Of a stretch of DNA of 64,000 nt, positions 45,998 to 55,185 are shown in pieces. Position 1 is the stretch's first letter; each line of letters begins with the position of its first letter. Source of the DNA: Gemmatimonadales bacterium (GTDB taxonomy: Bacteria; Gemmatimonadota; Gemmatimonadetes; Gemmatimonadales; GWC2-71-9); NCBI GenBank assembly GCA_035501775.1, contig DATJVM010000006.1:111948-175947 (forward strand), given 5' to 3'. The position numbers and the translations under genes were made by a program. The notes under the pieces were generated by a model. That model made no database searches. It was not told the DNA's origin and saw nothing but the letters and a program-made list of their open reading frames with translations.

Positions 45998-46291
45998 TCA
46001 GGGCATCGAGGCCACGATCTTCCGATACTCGGGCTCGGTGAACGCACGGAAAGTCTCCGACCGGATATTGCCGGCTGCTCCCAGGGCCAGCGCCATCTTG
46101 GCCACGGCCTCATCGTTGGGAAGTTCGGCGATTACCACCATGTCGAACTGGCCCATGGTGAGGTAGAAGGCCTTGAGCTCGCCGCCGGCCTTGCGATAAG
46201 CCTCCTTGGCGGCATCCAGCCGGGCGGGGCTGTTCTTCACCGACGCTATGCCCTGCTGGGTGTATCGAAGGAGCGAGATGTAGGTGGCCAT
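45998..46291 (-). CDS. GYD-domain protein
   Basis: MATYISLLRYTQQG...YLTMGQFDMVVIAELPNDEAVAKMALAL. 97 aa. Confidence 0.9.
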   Translation of the reverse strand: MATYISLLRYTQQGIASVKNSPARLDAAKEAYRKAGGELKAFYLTMGQFDMVVIAELPNDEAVAKMALALGAAGNIRSETFRAFTEPEYRKIVASMP

Positions 46292-46414
46292 GAAGACCTC
46301 CGCATGTTGGGTGACAGGGAGTGGCGCCCGGACCGTGCAAGGTCGCGGGCGGAAGCCGACCGCGCCAGACCTCGCCCCCTGGCCTATGGCCGCTCGGCGC
46401 CGCGGCAGCCCACC

Positions 46415-46897
46415 TCAGGTTCCCGCGCGGCGAAGGGTGAACGTGCCGTTGGGCGCGTCGCTGTTCAGCTCCTCGGTCCAATGCCCCGTGACTTCGCCCG
46501 CGTTGAGGTGCCCGGCAAACCCGAGGTTGCCGCAGTTCACGCAGTGACCCTGCAGGCGGAGATAGAGGATGACCGCACCGTCGGCGCCGATGAACGCCGA
46601 GGACTCCGAGTCGACCGGAGGGCTCGACAGCCAGCTTTGGCTCTGGAACCGGAACGAACCTTCGAGGGTGCCGCCGCGGAGCGCCCTCGGGACGCCGGGA
46701 TCGTTGGGCTGCGACGGGCCAAGGGTGAGGACCGCGGAAAGGTCCGGCTGCCCGTCGCGGTGAACGACCAGGAACCATCTGCCGGCGAGGAGCGTCGCAT
46801 CACCCGGCACGGGGTCGCCGGTTCCTCCCCGGTTGCAGGCCGCGACGGACCAGAGCAGGAGCGCGAGCATCCAGTGCAGCCGGGCAGGACGAGTCAT
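46415..46897 (-). CDS. lipoprotein, hypothetical
   Basis: ATG at 46897. Lipobox LLLWSVAAC. No family recognised. Confidence 0.65.
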   Translation of the reverse strand: MTRPARLHWMLALLLWSVAACNRGGTGDPVPGDATLLAGRWFLVVHRDGQPDLSAVLTLGPSQPNDPGVPRALRGGTLEGSFRFQSQSWLSSPPVDSESSAFIGADGAVILYLRLQGHCVNCGNLGFAGHLNAGEVTGHWTEELNSDAPNGTFTLRRAGT

Positions 46898-47370
46898 GAG
46901 TCGCTTGAGGGAGAAGGTGGAGAGCCGAGGAGACGCCGGTACACGACCATCTCCGATCGGGTGAATCCGAAACGCTGATACAACTCCTGCGCCCCACGGT
47001 TGTGTGGATCGGTGAGCAGCGTCACGCGTTTGAGGCCGCGACGTCTCGCCTCCGCGATCGCAAACTCGAGGAGCGCCGTGCCGACCCCGCGACCTCGCGC
47101 TGTGGGCGCGACCACCAGGTCCTCGAGCCAGGCAACCGGCTCCCCGAGCGCCGTGCTCACCGTGAGGAGCAGGCTTACCATCCCGATGATGGTACGCCCC
47201 TCCCGGGCACAATACAACAGCGCCGTATCCGGTCGAGCCAGCAGTGCCCGCAGGCCCGCGCGATGCCTTGCCGGGTCGGCCTCGAACTCGGCCTCCTGCG
47301 CGAAGAGGATGCTGAGGAGCTCGACGCAAGCCTCCACATCCTCATCAGTTGTCCGGGAAATACTGAGCAT
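46894..47370 (-). CDS. GNAT N-acetyltransferase
   Basis: ATG at 47370. LVVAPTARGRGVGTALLEFAI...AQELYQRFGF. ATGA overlap with the downstream lipoprotein gene. Confidence 0.9.
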   Translation of the reverse strand: MLSISRTTDEDVEACVELLSILFAQEAEFEADPARHRAGLRALLARPDTALLYCAREGRTIIGMVSLLLTVSTALGEPVAWLEDLVVAPTARGRGVGTALLEFAIAEARRRGLKRVTLLTDPHNRGAQELYQRFGFTRSEMVVYRRLLGSPPSPSSDS

Positions 47371-47398
47371 GGGGCGGCGCCTGGTTCTCGGTATTTGT

Positions 47399-47857
47399 TC
47401 AGGTCTCGCCGCTGGCCGCGCGGCGGGCCGCCGCGAGGTAGCCGGGCTCGAGGTCGAGCAGGTTTCCCAGCTTGCGGATGAGATAGGCCTCATGCTCCGA
47501 GATGCGGCCGTCGGCCAGAATCACGCCCCACATCACCTCGGCGAGGAGCATCCGCTGGGCGAGGTCGTACTGTTCGACGATGAGCTGGGTAAAGTGAAAC
47601 TGGTCGACGGCCTGCGCGCGTGCCCTCTCCGCGAGCTCGATCAGCTCCGTCGTGGTCGCTTCGTCCACGCCGAAATGGCGTGCCAGCGCCCCCTCGACAT
47701 AGTCACGCTCCCGCGAGCTGAATTCTCCGTCCGCGTGCGCCAGCTCCAGCAGGAGGGCGCTGGCGGCGACGCGGACCCCTTCCGGCGGGGAGGTATCGCC
47801 GGGGGAAGAAGGCCGATGAATACGGTTGGTGATGAAGGATCGAATGACATCGAGCAT
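47399..47857 (-). CDS. TerB-family protein
   Basis: LLLELAHADGEFSSRERDYV and VILADGRISEHEAYLIRKL repeats. Confidence 0.88.
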   Translation of the reverse strand: MLDVIRSFITNRIHRPSSPGDTSPPEGVRVAASALLLELAHADGEFSSRERDYVEGALARHFGVDEATTTELIELAERARAQAVDQFHFTQLIVEQYDLAQRMLLAEVMWGVILADGRISEHEAYLIRKLGNLLDLEPGYLAAARRAASGET

Positions 47858-47939
47858 TGCGAAACGGTCTCCTCAGGCCGGCGGCGGCGCCTCCCTGCCG
47901 AAGGCTAGCGCGAGGGCCGGGAGGTGCCAAGGCGCGCTG

Positions 47940-48212
47940 TTACAGGCGCGGCGCCACAATGGTCCGGGCCTCCTCCGAGGTGAGGACGGCGTGGACCTCA
48001 AAGTCAACCAGGTCGCGCCAGCTCGCCATCCACTCCTCCAGTGCGTCAGGGCGTGAGCACTCCATCAGCTGGTAGCACGTGGTCAGGCCTTCCGTCACCC
48101 AGCTCGCCATGTAGATGAGATCCGGGGGCGCAAGCCGGCCCCGGTCGCGGAAGCGACGATAGACCGGAACGGGATCGCCGCCTTTGAACCGCTCGACAAT
48201 CATGAGGAGCAT
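47940..48212 (-). CDS. DUF3303-family protein
   Basis: ATG at 48212 (MLLMIVERFKGGDPVPVYRRFRDRGRLAPPDLIYMASWV...CYQLMEC). Confidence 0.8.
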   Translation of the reverse strand: MLLMIVERFKGGDPVPVYRRFRDRGRLAPPDLIYMASWVTEGLTTCYQLMECSRPDALEEWMASWRDLVDFEVHAVLTSEEARTIVAPRL

Positions 48213-48332
48213 CGGCACGCCGCGAGAGGGGGAGATCCAAGCTGTATCCATAGGCGCCGCCCGACAAGCGAGGGCCAGGCCGGGTACGAAACACTCCGCG
48301 TGAGCCGTCCCGCCTCGGCCACCTTGCCGGCC

Positions 48333-48687
48333 TCAATCAGCCAGGAGTCCGGTCAGGTTGCCGGCCGGATCCCGAAACAGGGCGAAGTGCACCCAGGGGA
48401 GTCGGGGGTGGTAGCAGCGTGACTCCCCCCCGCCGCGTTGATCTTCTCGAGCGCCGCCCCGAGGTCAGGAACCCGCAGGTAGAGGACTCGTTCCGGGGTG
48501 ATGGCCGTCTCCTGCCGGATGCCACCCGGGCAGACTGCCCGGGCCGGTATGGAGGTAGCCATACCCAGGCACCCGCTCGGCATCTACCGTCCAGCCGAAC
48601 ACCTCCCTGGTAGAACCGCTGCAGCGCCGGGCCATCGGGGCCGATGATCTCGAAGAAGGCAACGGGATTCGTAACCGATTCCTCCAT
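48333..48687 (-). pseudogene. VOC/glyoxalase-family gene disrupted by about four frameshifts
   Basis: Family-typical segments are split over all three minus frames:
- MEESVTNPVAFFEIIGPDGPALQRFYQ
- EVFGWTVDAERVPGYGYLHTGPG
- GGIRQETAITPERVLYLRVPDLGAALEKINAAGG
- GVTLLPPPTP
- PWVHFALFRDPAGNLTGLLAD, then a stop at 48333. Confidence 0.75.
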
Positions 48688-48696
48688 TGATCGAGG

Positions 48697-49254
48697 TCAG
48701 GGGGTCGTCGGTTGCGAGGGCGCGAGGCGGTCCTGGCCCGCACGGCCCTTCCGGCTCAGCACGCCGGCCGCGACGAGCGTGAAGGCGAGCCCAACCGGCA
48801 AGGGCTCGAGGATGGTGAGCGCGACGTTCACCAGCGGATTCCGGTACATGGCCTTGAAGGCCTGCATCTCCTGGGCCTTGGCGGCCAGTTGCGCCTCGGT
48901 GGCGCCGGCTGCCTTGGCTTTCTCCAGGGCATAGGCCGCGTATTTGTCGGCGAAGTCAGGAGTGAACACGTAGTAGATCACTTCCCATGTGGCGACATAG
49001 CAGATGCTGGCGACGATCGTGATGAGCAGCCCTACCCAGAGCGCCCGGCCGAACGCCACCGTGCCGCCCGCCGTCGTGTCGCGGTAGGACCGGACGCCGA
49101 AGAAGACCATCAGGAAGGCCAGCACCATCGTGGTGTAGCCGATGATGGCACCCCGGTCGAAGCCAATCCGATCCCGAAGCGCCAGTGTGACCAGCATCAT
49201 CGTCGAAAGGATCGCCCCGGCAATGAGGCCGAAGGTCAACACGATCTTCCGCAT
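48697..49254 (-). CDS. DUF4199-like four-TM membrane protein
   Basis: ATG at 49254 (MRKIVLTFGLIAGAILSTMMLV...). 185 aa. Confidence 0.75.
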   Translation of the reverse strand: MRKIVLTFGLIAGAILSTMMLVTLALRDRIGFDRGAIIGYTTMVLAFLMVFFGVRSYRDTTAGGTVAFGRALWVGLLITIVASICYVATWEVIYYVFTPDFADKYAAYALEKAKAAGATEAQLAAKAQEMQAFKAMYRNPLVNVALTILEPLPVGLAFTLVAAGVLSRKGRAGQDRLAPSQPTTP

Positions 49255-49378
49255 GGTGGCTCCAGAAGGCGGTGGAGTGCGTACGCTATGGACGACCTCC
49301 CGGCAGCGCATCACCCAAATGGGTGACGTCCGCGGGAATCCGGCGAACTCATCCGGAAGCGTGATGCGGGGCCGGCGA

Positions 49379-49825
49379 TTAGGGGATGAGGTGGAGCGCC
49401 TTGCCGAGTTGGACGGCTTGGGTGCGGCGCCTCGCGCCGAGCTTGTCGAAGATCCGGCTGGAGTGGGTCTTGACGGTGTTCTCACTCACCGCGACCCGGG
49501 CCGCGATCTCCCGGGTGCTGAGGCCCTCGGCGATGAGCTCGAGGATCTCGAGCTCGCGGGGCGTGATGCCGAGGGCCTCGAGCCTGGCCTGATCACGGGT
49601 GAACGTGGTGGGCGCCGGCACGGGGACCTCGCGCACCACGACGGTCGCCTTGGGCCGCGTGAGCCGCAAGCCGAGCCAGATGCCGAGGCCCGCGAACACC
49701 GCGGCCACGAGCGCGCCGTAGATCTCGATCGAATGCTCGATCACGAGCCAGCGGTATTCGATGAGCCGGAGAAAGGTGATGAGGACGCCAGCCAGGAGAC
49801 CGTAGAGAAGCACATGCTTGCGCAT
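49379..49825 (-). CDS. membrane-anchored LuxR/GerE-family transcriptional regulator
   Basis: Two N-terminal TM helices, then LTPRELEILELIAEGLSTREIAARVAVSENTVKTHSSRIFDKLG. ATG at 49825. Confidence 0.88.
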   Translation of the reverse strand: MRKHVLLYGLLAGVLITFLRLIEYRWLVIEHSIEIYGALVAAVFAGLGIWLGLRLTRPKATVVVREVPVPAPTTFTRDQARLEALGITPRELEILELIAEGLSTREIAARVAVSENTVKTHSSRIFDKLGARRRTQAVQLGKALHLIP

Positions 49826-49899
49826 GCCCAATTCTACTTCGCCCCTGGAGCTGGTGGTAACGGACCCCGGTCCTGGCCAGAGGCGCGGGGGACGAACCA

Positions 49900-50544
49900 T
49901 CAGGGCCGCTCGAGCAGTGGAGCGACCACCGGAACCAGGGCCGCCCCCAGGCACTCGTGCTGATCGGCGTCCAGGTGAACCCCGTCCACCCGACTCGAAG
50001 GGGTCACCCGTCCGGCATCGAAGAAGTGGCATCGTGTCTCGTTCGCCACCTCCTGATAGGCGGCGGCGAGACCAACCGACTTGGCCGCGGCGCCTTCGAA
50101 CTTGGCCGCGATCGGGCCTCGTGGGGCCTGGATCGGCGGAGGGGCCACCACCAGGATCTCCGGGACGGGCATGCCCGGCTCGATGGGTGCCCGCCGAACG
50201 GCGCCAACGAGAGCGGCTATCCCCTGGGCCGAATGCCACGCGTTGTAGCCGTGAGTGGATTGGAAGTCGTTCGTTCCCAGCAGGAAGATGACCAGGCGCA
50301 GTGGCGAGTTGATCTCAATCCGCTGCTCGAGTCCCACCAGGCCGTTGCGGCCGGGTTTGAGCGGGTCCTCGAACGCCGTACGCCGCCCGTTCAGGCAATC
50401 CTCAGTGATGCGCACCTGGAAGCCCTGCTGAAGCAGCCTCGTCTCCAGCACGCCCGGCCACCGAGCCGGCCAGGGCAGCCGCCGGCGTGTGTCCGGGATA
50501 ATGCCCCAGCTGAGGGAATCGCCGTAAACGAGAGTGTGGTTCAC
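49900..50544 (-). CDS. SGNH/GDSL-family hydrolase
   Basis: LVYGDSLSWG, LLGTNDF and DGVHLD blocks. GTG 50544 forms a GTGA overlap with the upstream stop. Confidence 0.88.
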   Translation of the reverse strand: MNHTLVYGDSLSWGIIPDTRRRLPWPARWPGVLETRLLQQGFQVRITEDCLNGRRTAFEDPLKPGRNGLVGLEQRIEINSPLRLVIFLLGTNDFQSTHGYNAWHSAQGIAALVGAVRRAPIEPGMPVPEILVVAPPPIQAPRGPIAAKFEGAAAKSVGLAAAYQEVANETRCHFFDAGRVTPSSRVDGVHLDADQHECLGAALVPVVAPLLERP

Positions 50545-50924
50545 GGGCCGGGCGGAGATCCCTCCCAGGCGGTCGGGTGGACGCCGTCGGCCGGTCCCGA
50601 GTAGGCGCGCTCCACCCGCGCCACCCGGATCTCGTAATGCTCGTACCAGTGTTCGATTCCCATGACCTGGGCGGCCAGATGCTCCGCCTGATCCTTCCAG
50701 TGGCGAATCGCTTCGGGACTGGTCCAATAGGAGACGGTGATCCCGAAGCCGTCGGTGCTACGCGCGCTCTCGATCCCGAGGTAGCCCGGCATCGTCGAGG
50801 CGAGGGAACTCATCCGCTCCGCCATGGTTGAATAGCCGTGGTCCCCGGCGGTGCGCCGGGAGGCGAAGACCACGGCGTAGTAGGGCGGGACCAGGCCTGA
50901 TGCAAAGGCGGTGTCGTTGGTCAT
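50541..50924 (-). CDS. antibiotic-biosynthesis-monooxygenase (ABM) domain protein
   Basis: ATG at 50924. YYAVVFASRR...GYLGIESAR...ITVSYWTSPEAIRHWKD. Confidence 0.85.
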   Translation of the reverse strand: MTNDTAFASGLVPPYYAVVFASRRTAGDHGYSTMAERMSSLASTMPGYLGIESARSTDGFGITVSYWTSPEAIRHWKDQAEHLAAQVMGIEHWYEHYEIRVARVERAYSGPADGVHPTAWEGSPPGP

Positions 50925-50944
50925 CGGTTCGGAATGGGACAGGA

Positions 50945-51394
50945 TCAGTGGCGGGCCGCGCGGGCGATCGCTACCCACCGTTCAAGGGGCGTGCTAGATA
51001 CTACATCGGCGATGACGTCCAGTGGCAGGTCGTCCGCTGTCTTGAACCGGACACATGCTTTCCCCATGTCCAGCTTCTTTCCCGCCGCGCGGAAGCCGTC
51101 GCGGAGCCGCTTCGCCATTGCCGGGTCGCCATAGATGCGCATGAGATGCAATGACAGATACGACTTCTCAGAGGCCAGCGCCACGTACCAGAGCGGGTGC
51201 CCATTGTAGGTGTCGGAATAGCGAGCTAAGGGGACCTGGTAGACCAGCATCCCCCTGCTGACCGTCTCCTCATAGCCGGCTGGCAAATGGCGGCGGATGA
51301 GATCGCGAAGCCGCTCGACATCCGCACGGCGGGACGGTGGCAGGGAGGACAGAAAGGCGCCGACGTCTCGAGAGGCTGTCCTGGCTGGACTCAC
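50945..51394 (-). CDS. DUF1801-domain protein
   Basis: VGAFLSSLPPSRRADVERLRDLIRRHLP...YLSLHLM...GKACVRFK. GTG start. Confidence 0.82.
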   Translation of the reverse strand: MSPARTASRDVGAFLSSLPPSRRADVERLRDLIRRHLPAGYEETVSRGMLVYQVPLARYSDTYNGHPLWYVALASEKSYLSLHLMRIYGDPAMAKRLRDGFRAAGKKLDMGKACVRFKTADDLPLDVIADVVSSTPLERWVAIARAARH

Positions 51395-51427
51395 ACGGTA
51401 CTCCCATCCGGGCCGATCACGCCCGGC

Positions 51428-51979
51428 CTATGAGCGACGAGCGTTGAGGCTTCGCTCGAGGAGCTTGGCCATGTTCGTGAAATCGGCCTTGAGCAGGCCG
51501 CGCCATCTTCCGTCGAGCGGGACGAACGGCATGACGTCGAACTGCGTGATCGTGAGGCTGTCGATCGAGATGGCCACTCGGCTCACCACCAGTACCGTGT
51601 CTCCTCCCGCCGCGATGTGGCCGAGCGGCGAGATGACCGCCGTGCGCATGGCGTCGGTGAGGCCGGGCTGCTGGGAAAGGGAGGCGCGCAGGAATGAGGC
51701 GAAGAGGATGGTGTCCGGGATCGCGGCGAACTCCGCCTGGGAATGGGCCCCGAAGAGGCGGTCGCCGAGCTGCTCCATGCCGGGCATCGCAATGAGCGGT
51801 TCGAACATCCCCCGCAGCTGCTGTAGCGCCTGCGGGTGCATGAGGCGGGCCGCGGCCGGCCAATCGTTCGCCTTGAGCGCCGCGCCAAACGCGGCGGCGG
51901 CCTCTTCCGGAGTGGCCTGAGCGGCTGCGAACGACGCCGGTACCAGGAGCAACGCGGCAATCCACAGTAGGCGGCGCAT
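51428..51979 (-). CDS. secreted hypothetical protein
   Basis: ATG at 51979. Signal peptide MRRLLWIAALLLVPASFAAAQ. No family recognised. Confidence 0.6.
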   Translation of the reverse strand: MRRLLWIAALLLVPASFAAAQATPEEAAAAFGAALKANDWPAAARLMHPQALQQLRGMFEPLIAMPGMEQLGDRLFGAHSQAEFAAIPDTILFASFLRASLSQQPGLTDAMRTAVISPLGHIAAGGDTVLVVSRVAISIDSLTITQFDVMPFVPLDGRWRGLLKADFTNMAKLLERSLNARRS

Positions 51980-52145
51980 TGTGGCCTCCGGGAGGGAGTG
52001 CACCAGCGGCAGTGTTCGCCGTTGCACGGAGTCCCAACCTACCGTTAGGACAGCGTTGTCGCCAACCGGCGACGCGGGAGTGGATCGCTCGCCGCTGCCT
52101 GGTGGCGGAGCACAGCGAGAGGGGTGGGCTCCGCGCCGGAACAGT

Positions 52146-52682
52146 TCAGTGTCGGCGCACGCGTCGACCGGGCCGATCAGGCTTCCACTGCCACAGGCCG
52201 GCGGTGACCGAGGCGGGGAGGGGGTGGCCAAGCTGCCTTGCGATCAGCACCAGCTGGCCGCGATGATGTGCCTCATGCGCCACGAAATAGGTGAGGACGT
52301 GACCCACATCGAGTGCCAGATTGCGCCACACGTATCGGGCCGTCGCCGGGACGCGGCCTCCCCGCTCGCACCCGAGACTCAGCAGGGCGGTCATGGCGCG
52401 GGCGCTCTGCCGAAGGGCCTGCCCGAGTTCCGCCCGCGATACCGTTTGGCGATCCACGCCGGCCGGCACGGCGACACCGTAGGGGCTTCCGAGCGTCCGA
52501 ACCCACCCGCATCGGCTGGTATGCAGATGCGCGGCAACCGAACGCACCGTCCGTCGGGACAGGCCCGGGATCGCCGCGTCGTAGACGGACATCGGGAGGG
52601 CGCGGACCACGCGCTCGGTTATCAGCGCATTGGTGCGCCACGCGGGAAGTATGAGGTCGCGAAGGGTGGCCGTTGATTCCAT
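52146..52682 (-). CDS. DinB-family protein
   Basis: ATG at 52682. VAAHLHTS...YFVAHEAHHRGQLVLIARQLG. Confidence 0.85.
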   Translation of the reverse strand: MESTATLRDLILPAWRTNALITERVVRALPMSVYDAAIPGLSRRTVRSVAAHLHTSRCGWVRTLGSPYGVAVPAGVDRQTVSRAELGQALRQSARAMTALLSLGCERGGRVPATARYVWRNLALDVGHVLTYFVAHEAHHRGQLVLIARQLGHPLPASVTAGLWQWKPDRPGRRVRRH

Positions 52683-52723
52683 AGGTGTACCCACCTTGAG
52701 GAGTCCTGGGTCAGCGCGGCCCG

Positions 52724-53308
52724 TCATACCCTACCCCGCGACTGGCCGCGCTCCAAGGCGCTGCCGATGAGGTGCGCGATGCGGAGCGGCTCGGGCATCC
52801 GGGACTTGCGGAGCGCGGCGTGGATCAGGCCGGCCGCACGATCGGCAGTGGTTCCCGCAAAGGCGAGGAAGAGTCCCGGAGCGACTCGGACCGCCGGGGG
52901 AGAGCGGTCCGCGATGGGCTGGCGTCCGGTGAGCCCAGCCGCCACCAGGGCTTCCCGTATGCGTGTGGCCGCGGGGGAGCGGCGAGTGACCGCGAGCACG
53001 GGAATGTCGATGGCCTGAGCCAGCGCTTCGAGGTCCACCAAACCAAGCCCGGCGAGGGTAATGCCACCAAGGACAACCCCTTGGATGGCGGACCGCCATC
53101 GGAGACTGCCGATCCATTTCTCCAGAAAGCGGGTTGCATCGGCCCCGTCGACGGGGAAGTGGGTGATCGCTATGCCTTCGACCAGATCGTTGCCTTCCAT
53201 CAGTACGCCGGTGACGGGAACGGGCCCGGCCTGGCCCTTCTTGAACGGGGCGTCGTCGATGCCAAGAAGATGGGGTCGTCGCATCATCGAAGCTGCGGAT
53301 TGGCCCAT
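52724..53308 (-). CDS. DUF99 (UPF0215, endonuclease-V-fold) family protein
   Basis: ATG at 53308. LLGIDDAPF...VTGVLMEG...FPVDGADAT...VVLGGITLAGLGLVDLEAL...IPVLAVTRR. Confidence 0.78.
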   Translation of the reverse strand: MGQSAASMMRRPHLLGIDDAPFKKGQAGPVPVTGVLMEGNDLVEGIAITHFPVDGADATRFLEKWIGSLRWRSAIQGVVLGGITLAGLGLVDLEALAQAIDIPVLAVTRRSPAATRIREALVAAGLTGRQPIADRSPPAVRVAPGLFLAFAGTTADRAAGLIHAALRKSRMPEPLRIAHLIGSALERGQSRGRV

Positions 53309-53363
53309 GGCGACTTCGACACCCGCCCTGGGCGACTGCGCCTGCCGCCGGGTCATCAGGAGG

Positions 53364-53843
53364 TTACGGCTTGGCGGTGGCGGAGCGGAGGCGTTCGCGT
53401 GCCGCGTCCTGATGAGGCGCCACCGGCAGGTGGCGGCCCGCGAGGGCGAGCCCCATCCTCGGCATGGAGCCATAGAGGGTCTCATATTCGCCGGCTCGCA
53501 CCAGGTACGTCTCGTGCCAGATGCCGACATCTCCGCTGGTCGATCGGACCTTGTGGTTGAACGCGGTCCAGGCTGGCCAATGCGCGTGGTCGACGCTCCG
53601 GGCATAGGCCTCCAGGTGATCGAACGAGCGCCAATACTGGATGCTGATACCCGATCGACCCGAAACAGCCAGGCAGCCGCACTCGGGGCGCGCAGCCAGC
53701 TCGGCGAGCATCCGCGGCATGGCCATCGCGACCGGCAACCATTTATGCACTTTCCAGGGACGGTTGATGCGCATCCCGATCAAGAAGATGACAAAGTCAC
53801 CGTCGATGGCGGCCATCATCCGACCAGGCACAACAGCGGGCAT
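53364..53843 (-). CDS. DUF4188-domain protein
   Basis: [33 protein letters not shown]...[13 protein letters not shown]...HWPAWTAFN...GIWHETYLV. Confidence 0.85.
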   Translation of the reverse strand: MPAVVPGRMMAAIDGDFVIFLIGMRINRPWKVHKWLPVAMAMPRMLAELAARPECGCLAVSGRSGISIQYWRSFDHLEAYARSVDHAHWPAWTAFNHKVRSTSGDVGIWHETYLVRAGEYETLYGSMPRMGLALAGRHLPVAPHQDAARERLRSATAKP

Positions 53844-53894
53844 AGGGGCTCCTTGGGCAAGCCAGCTTCTCTGATCTGGTGCCGGCGGGCATGC

Positions 53895-53912
53895 GGCGCC
53901 GGCCGCGGCGCC
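53895..53912 (-). terminator. GC hairpin, possible factor-independent terminator without U-tract
   Basis: Perfect 7-bp inverted repeat GGCGCCG-gccg-CGGCGCC, downstream of the 54055-54540 gene. No T-run follows. Confidence 0.25.
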
Positions 53913-54054
53913 TTCGTCAGGCAGCCTTCAGCATGGTGAGCAATGGGCCGCATGGCAACCCGCGGCGGCCACGGGGCGGCGAGGGGCCCCGATGCCTTCA
54001 GCAACCTCAGTTGGGAGCCAGGCGCTCCACCCAAAGTGTACCCGAGAGGTTCGC

Positions 54055-54540
54055 CTAAGTCTTTGGTGCCCCGGCCGGCGCGCCGACATTGTAGATGTCA
54101 ACCGCGCAACGCCAACGACCGTCGGTTCCACGCTTCCAGATCGTCACGTAGCGACCACCAACCGCGGCCAGATGACCTTGGGCATCGGGGGCGGTGACGC
54201 GGTTCGTTCCGTAGGTGTATCCGAGGTCGCCGCTGGCGGCCACGATGGCGGAGTCGGGGGCCCAGCTGATCTCAAAGCCCGGGACATTGCGCGTCCCGGC
54301 CACCATCTGGCGAATGGCGGCGGTACCGACCAGGACCTCCTGATCCGGGAGAATCAAGCGCGCATCGGGCGTCCAGAAGGCCACGATGCTGTCGATGTCG
54401 CCACCAGCCTTGGCGAGGGAGGACCAGGCAACATCGACCGCCAGAAGGTTCTTGGTGGCCGCACCCGGGTCAGGAGCGGCGCGGCAGGCGAGCCCACTCA
54501 GAAGCGCGGAGGCGAGCAAGACACTGAAACGAGGCGACAT
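54055..54540 (-). CDS. NTF2-like (DUF4440-type) lipoprotein
   Basis: ATG at 54540. Lipobox LLSGLAC. YVTIWKRGTDGRWRCAVDIYN. Confidence 0.8.
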   Translation of the reverse strand: MSPRFSVLLASALLSGLACRAAPDPGAATKNLLAVDVAWSSLAKAGGDIDSIVAFWTPDARLILPDQEVLVGTAAIRQMVAGTRNVPGFEISWAPDSAIVAASGDLGYTYGTNRVTAPDAQGHLAAVGGRYVTIWKRGTDGRWRCAVDIYNVGAPAGAPKT

Positions 54541-54610
54541 CTGAGTTCTCGATGGCTGAAGGAAAGAGCGAGAAGGGCTGAGGTCCATTGCGACGGCCGG
54601 CTTGGGCGCG

Positions 54611-55156
54611 TCACGTGCCCGCAAGCCTCGCGGCATTGCGGAGCTGATACTCCTTGACCAGGGCGCGGTCGATTGTCGCCGGGACGCCATTGGCTCCGTA
54701 GGCATGCTTGAAGTCGAAGGCCGTGGCACTCGGACCACCATCATGGAGCTGCTCGTGCCGCGCCACCGCCTCGGCCCAGTCCGGGCGATGCTCCGCGGGG
54801 ACCCACCAGGCAACATAGGGAGGCCAGGCCGCGGGCAGGTACCACTCACGCCGATGACTCAAGGCCTCCGCGTGAATGCCAGCATAGGTAAAGGCGTAAA
54901 CCGCCTCCAGGCTCGCCCAGAGCGAGAGCGAGCGGGGCGCGAGTTGGTGGCGCCCTTCCTCGAAGAAGCGCGGGGCGAGGCACCGACCCCACGAGTGCTC
55001 CCCGGTGATCGGGTCCAGCACCGACCGAGCGACGAAACCGACGCTCAGCTCGGCGGCGGCAAAGTTGGCCTCCACCCGGGCCAGAAAGGCCTGCGCATCG
55101 GGGTGCGCGGGCCCCTCCCGAAGGATCGCAAAGGTGAAGAACGCGAGGTGAGCCAT
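54611..55156 (-). CDS. DUF3291-domain protein
   Basis: MAHLAFFTFAILRE...FLARVEANFAAAELSVGFVAR...LSLWASLEAVYAFTY. Confidence 0.83.
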   Translation of the reverse strand: MAHLAFFTFAILREGPAHPDAQAFLARVEANFAAAELSVGFVARSVLDPITGEHSWGRCLAPRFFEEGRHQLAPRSLSLWASLEAVYAFTYAGIHAEALSHRREWYLPAAWPPYVAWWVPAEHRPDWAEAVARHEQLHDGGPSATAFDFKHAYGANGVPATIDRALVKEYQLRNAARLAGT

Positions 55157-55185
55157 GCGGCGCGGGGCGTGACCGCAGCGGGGGA

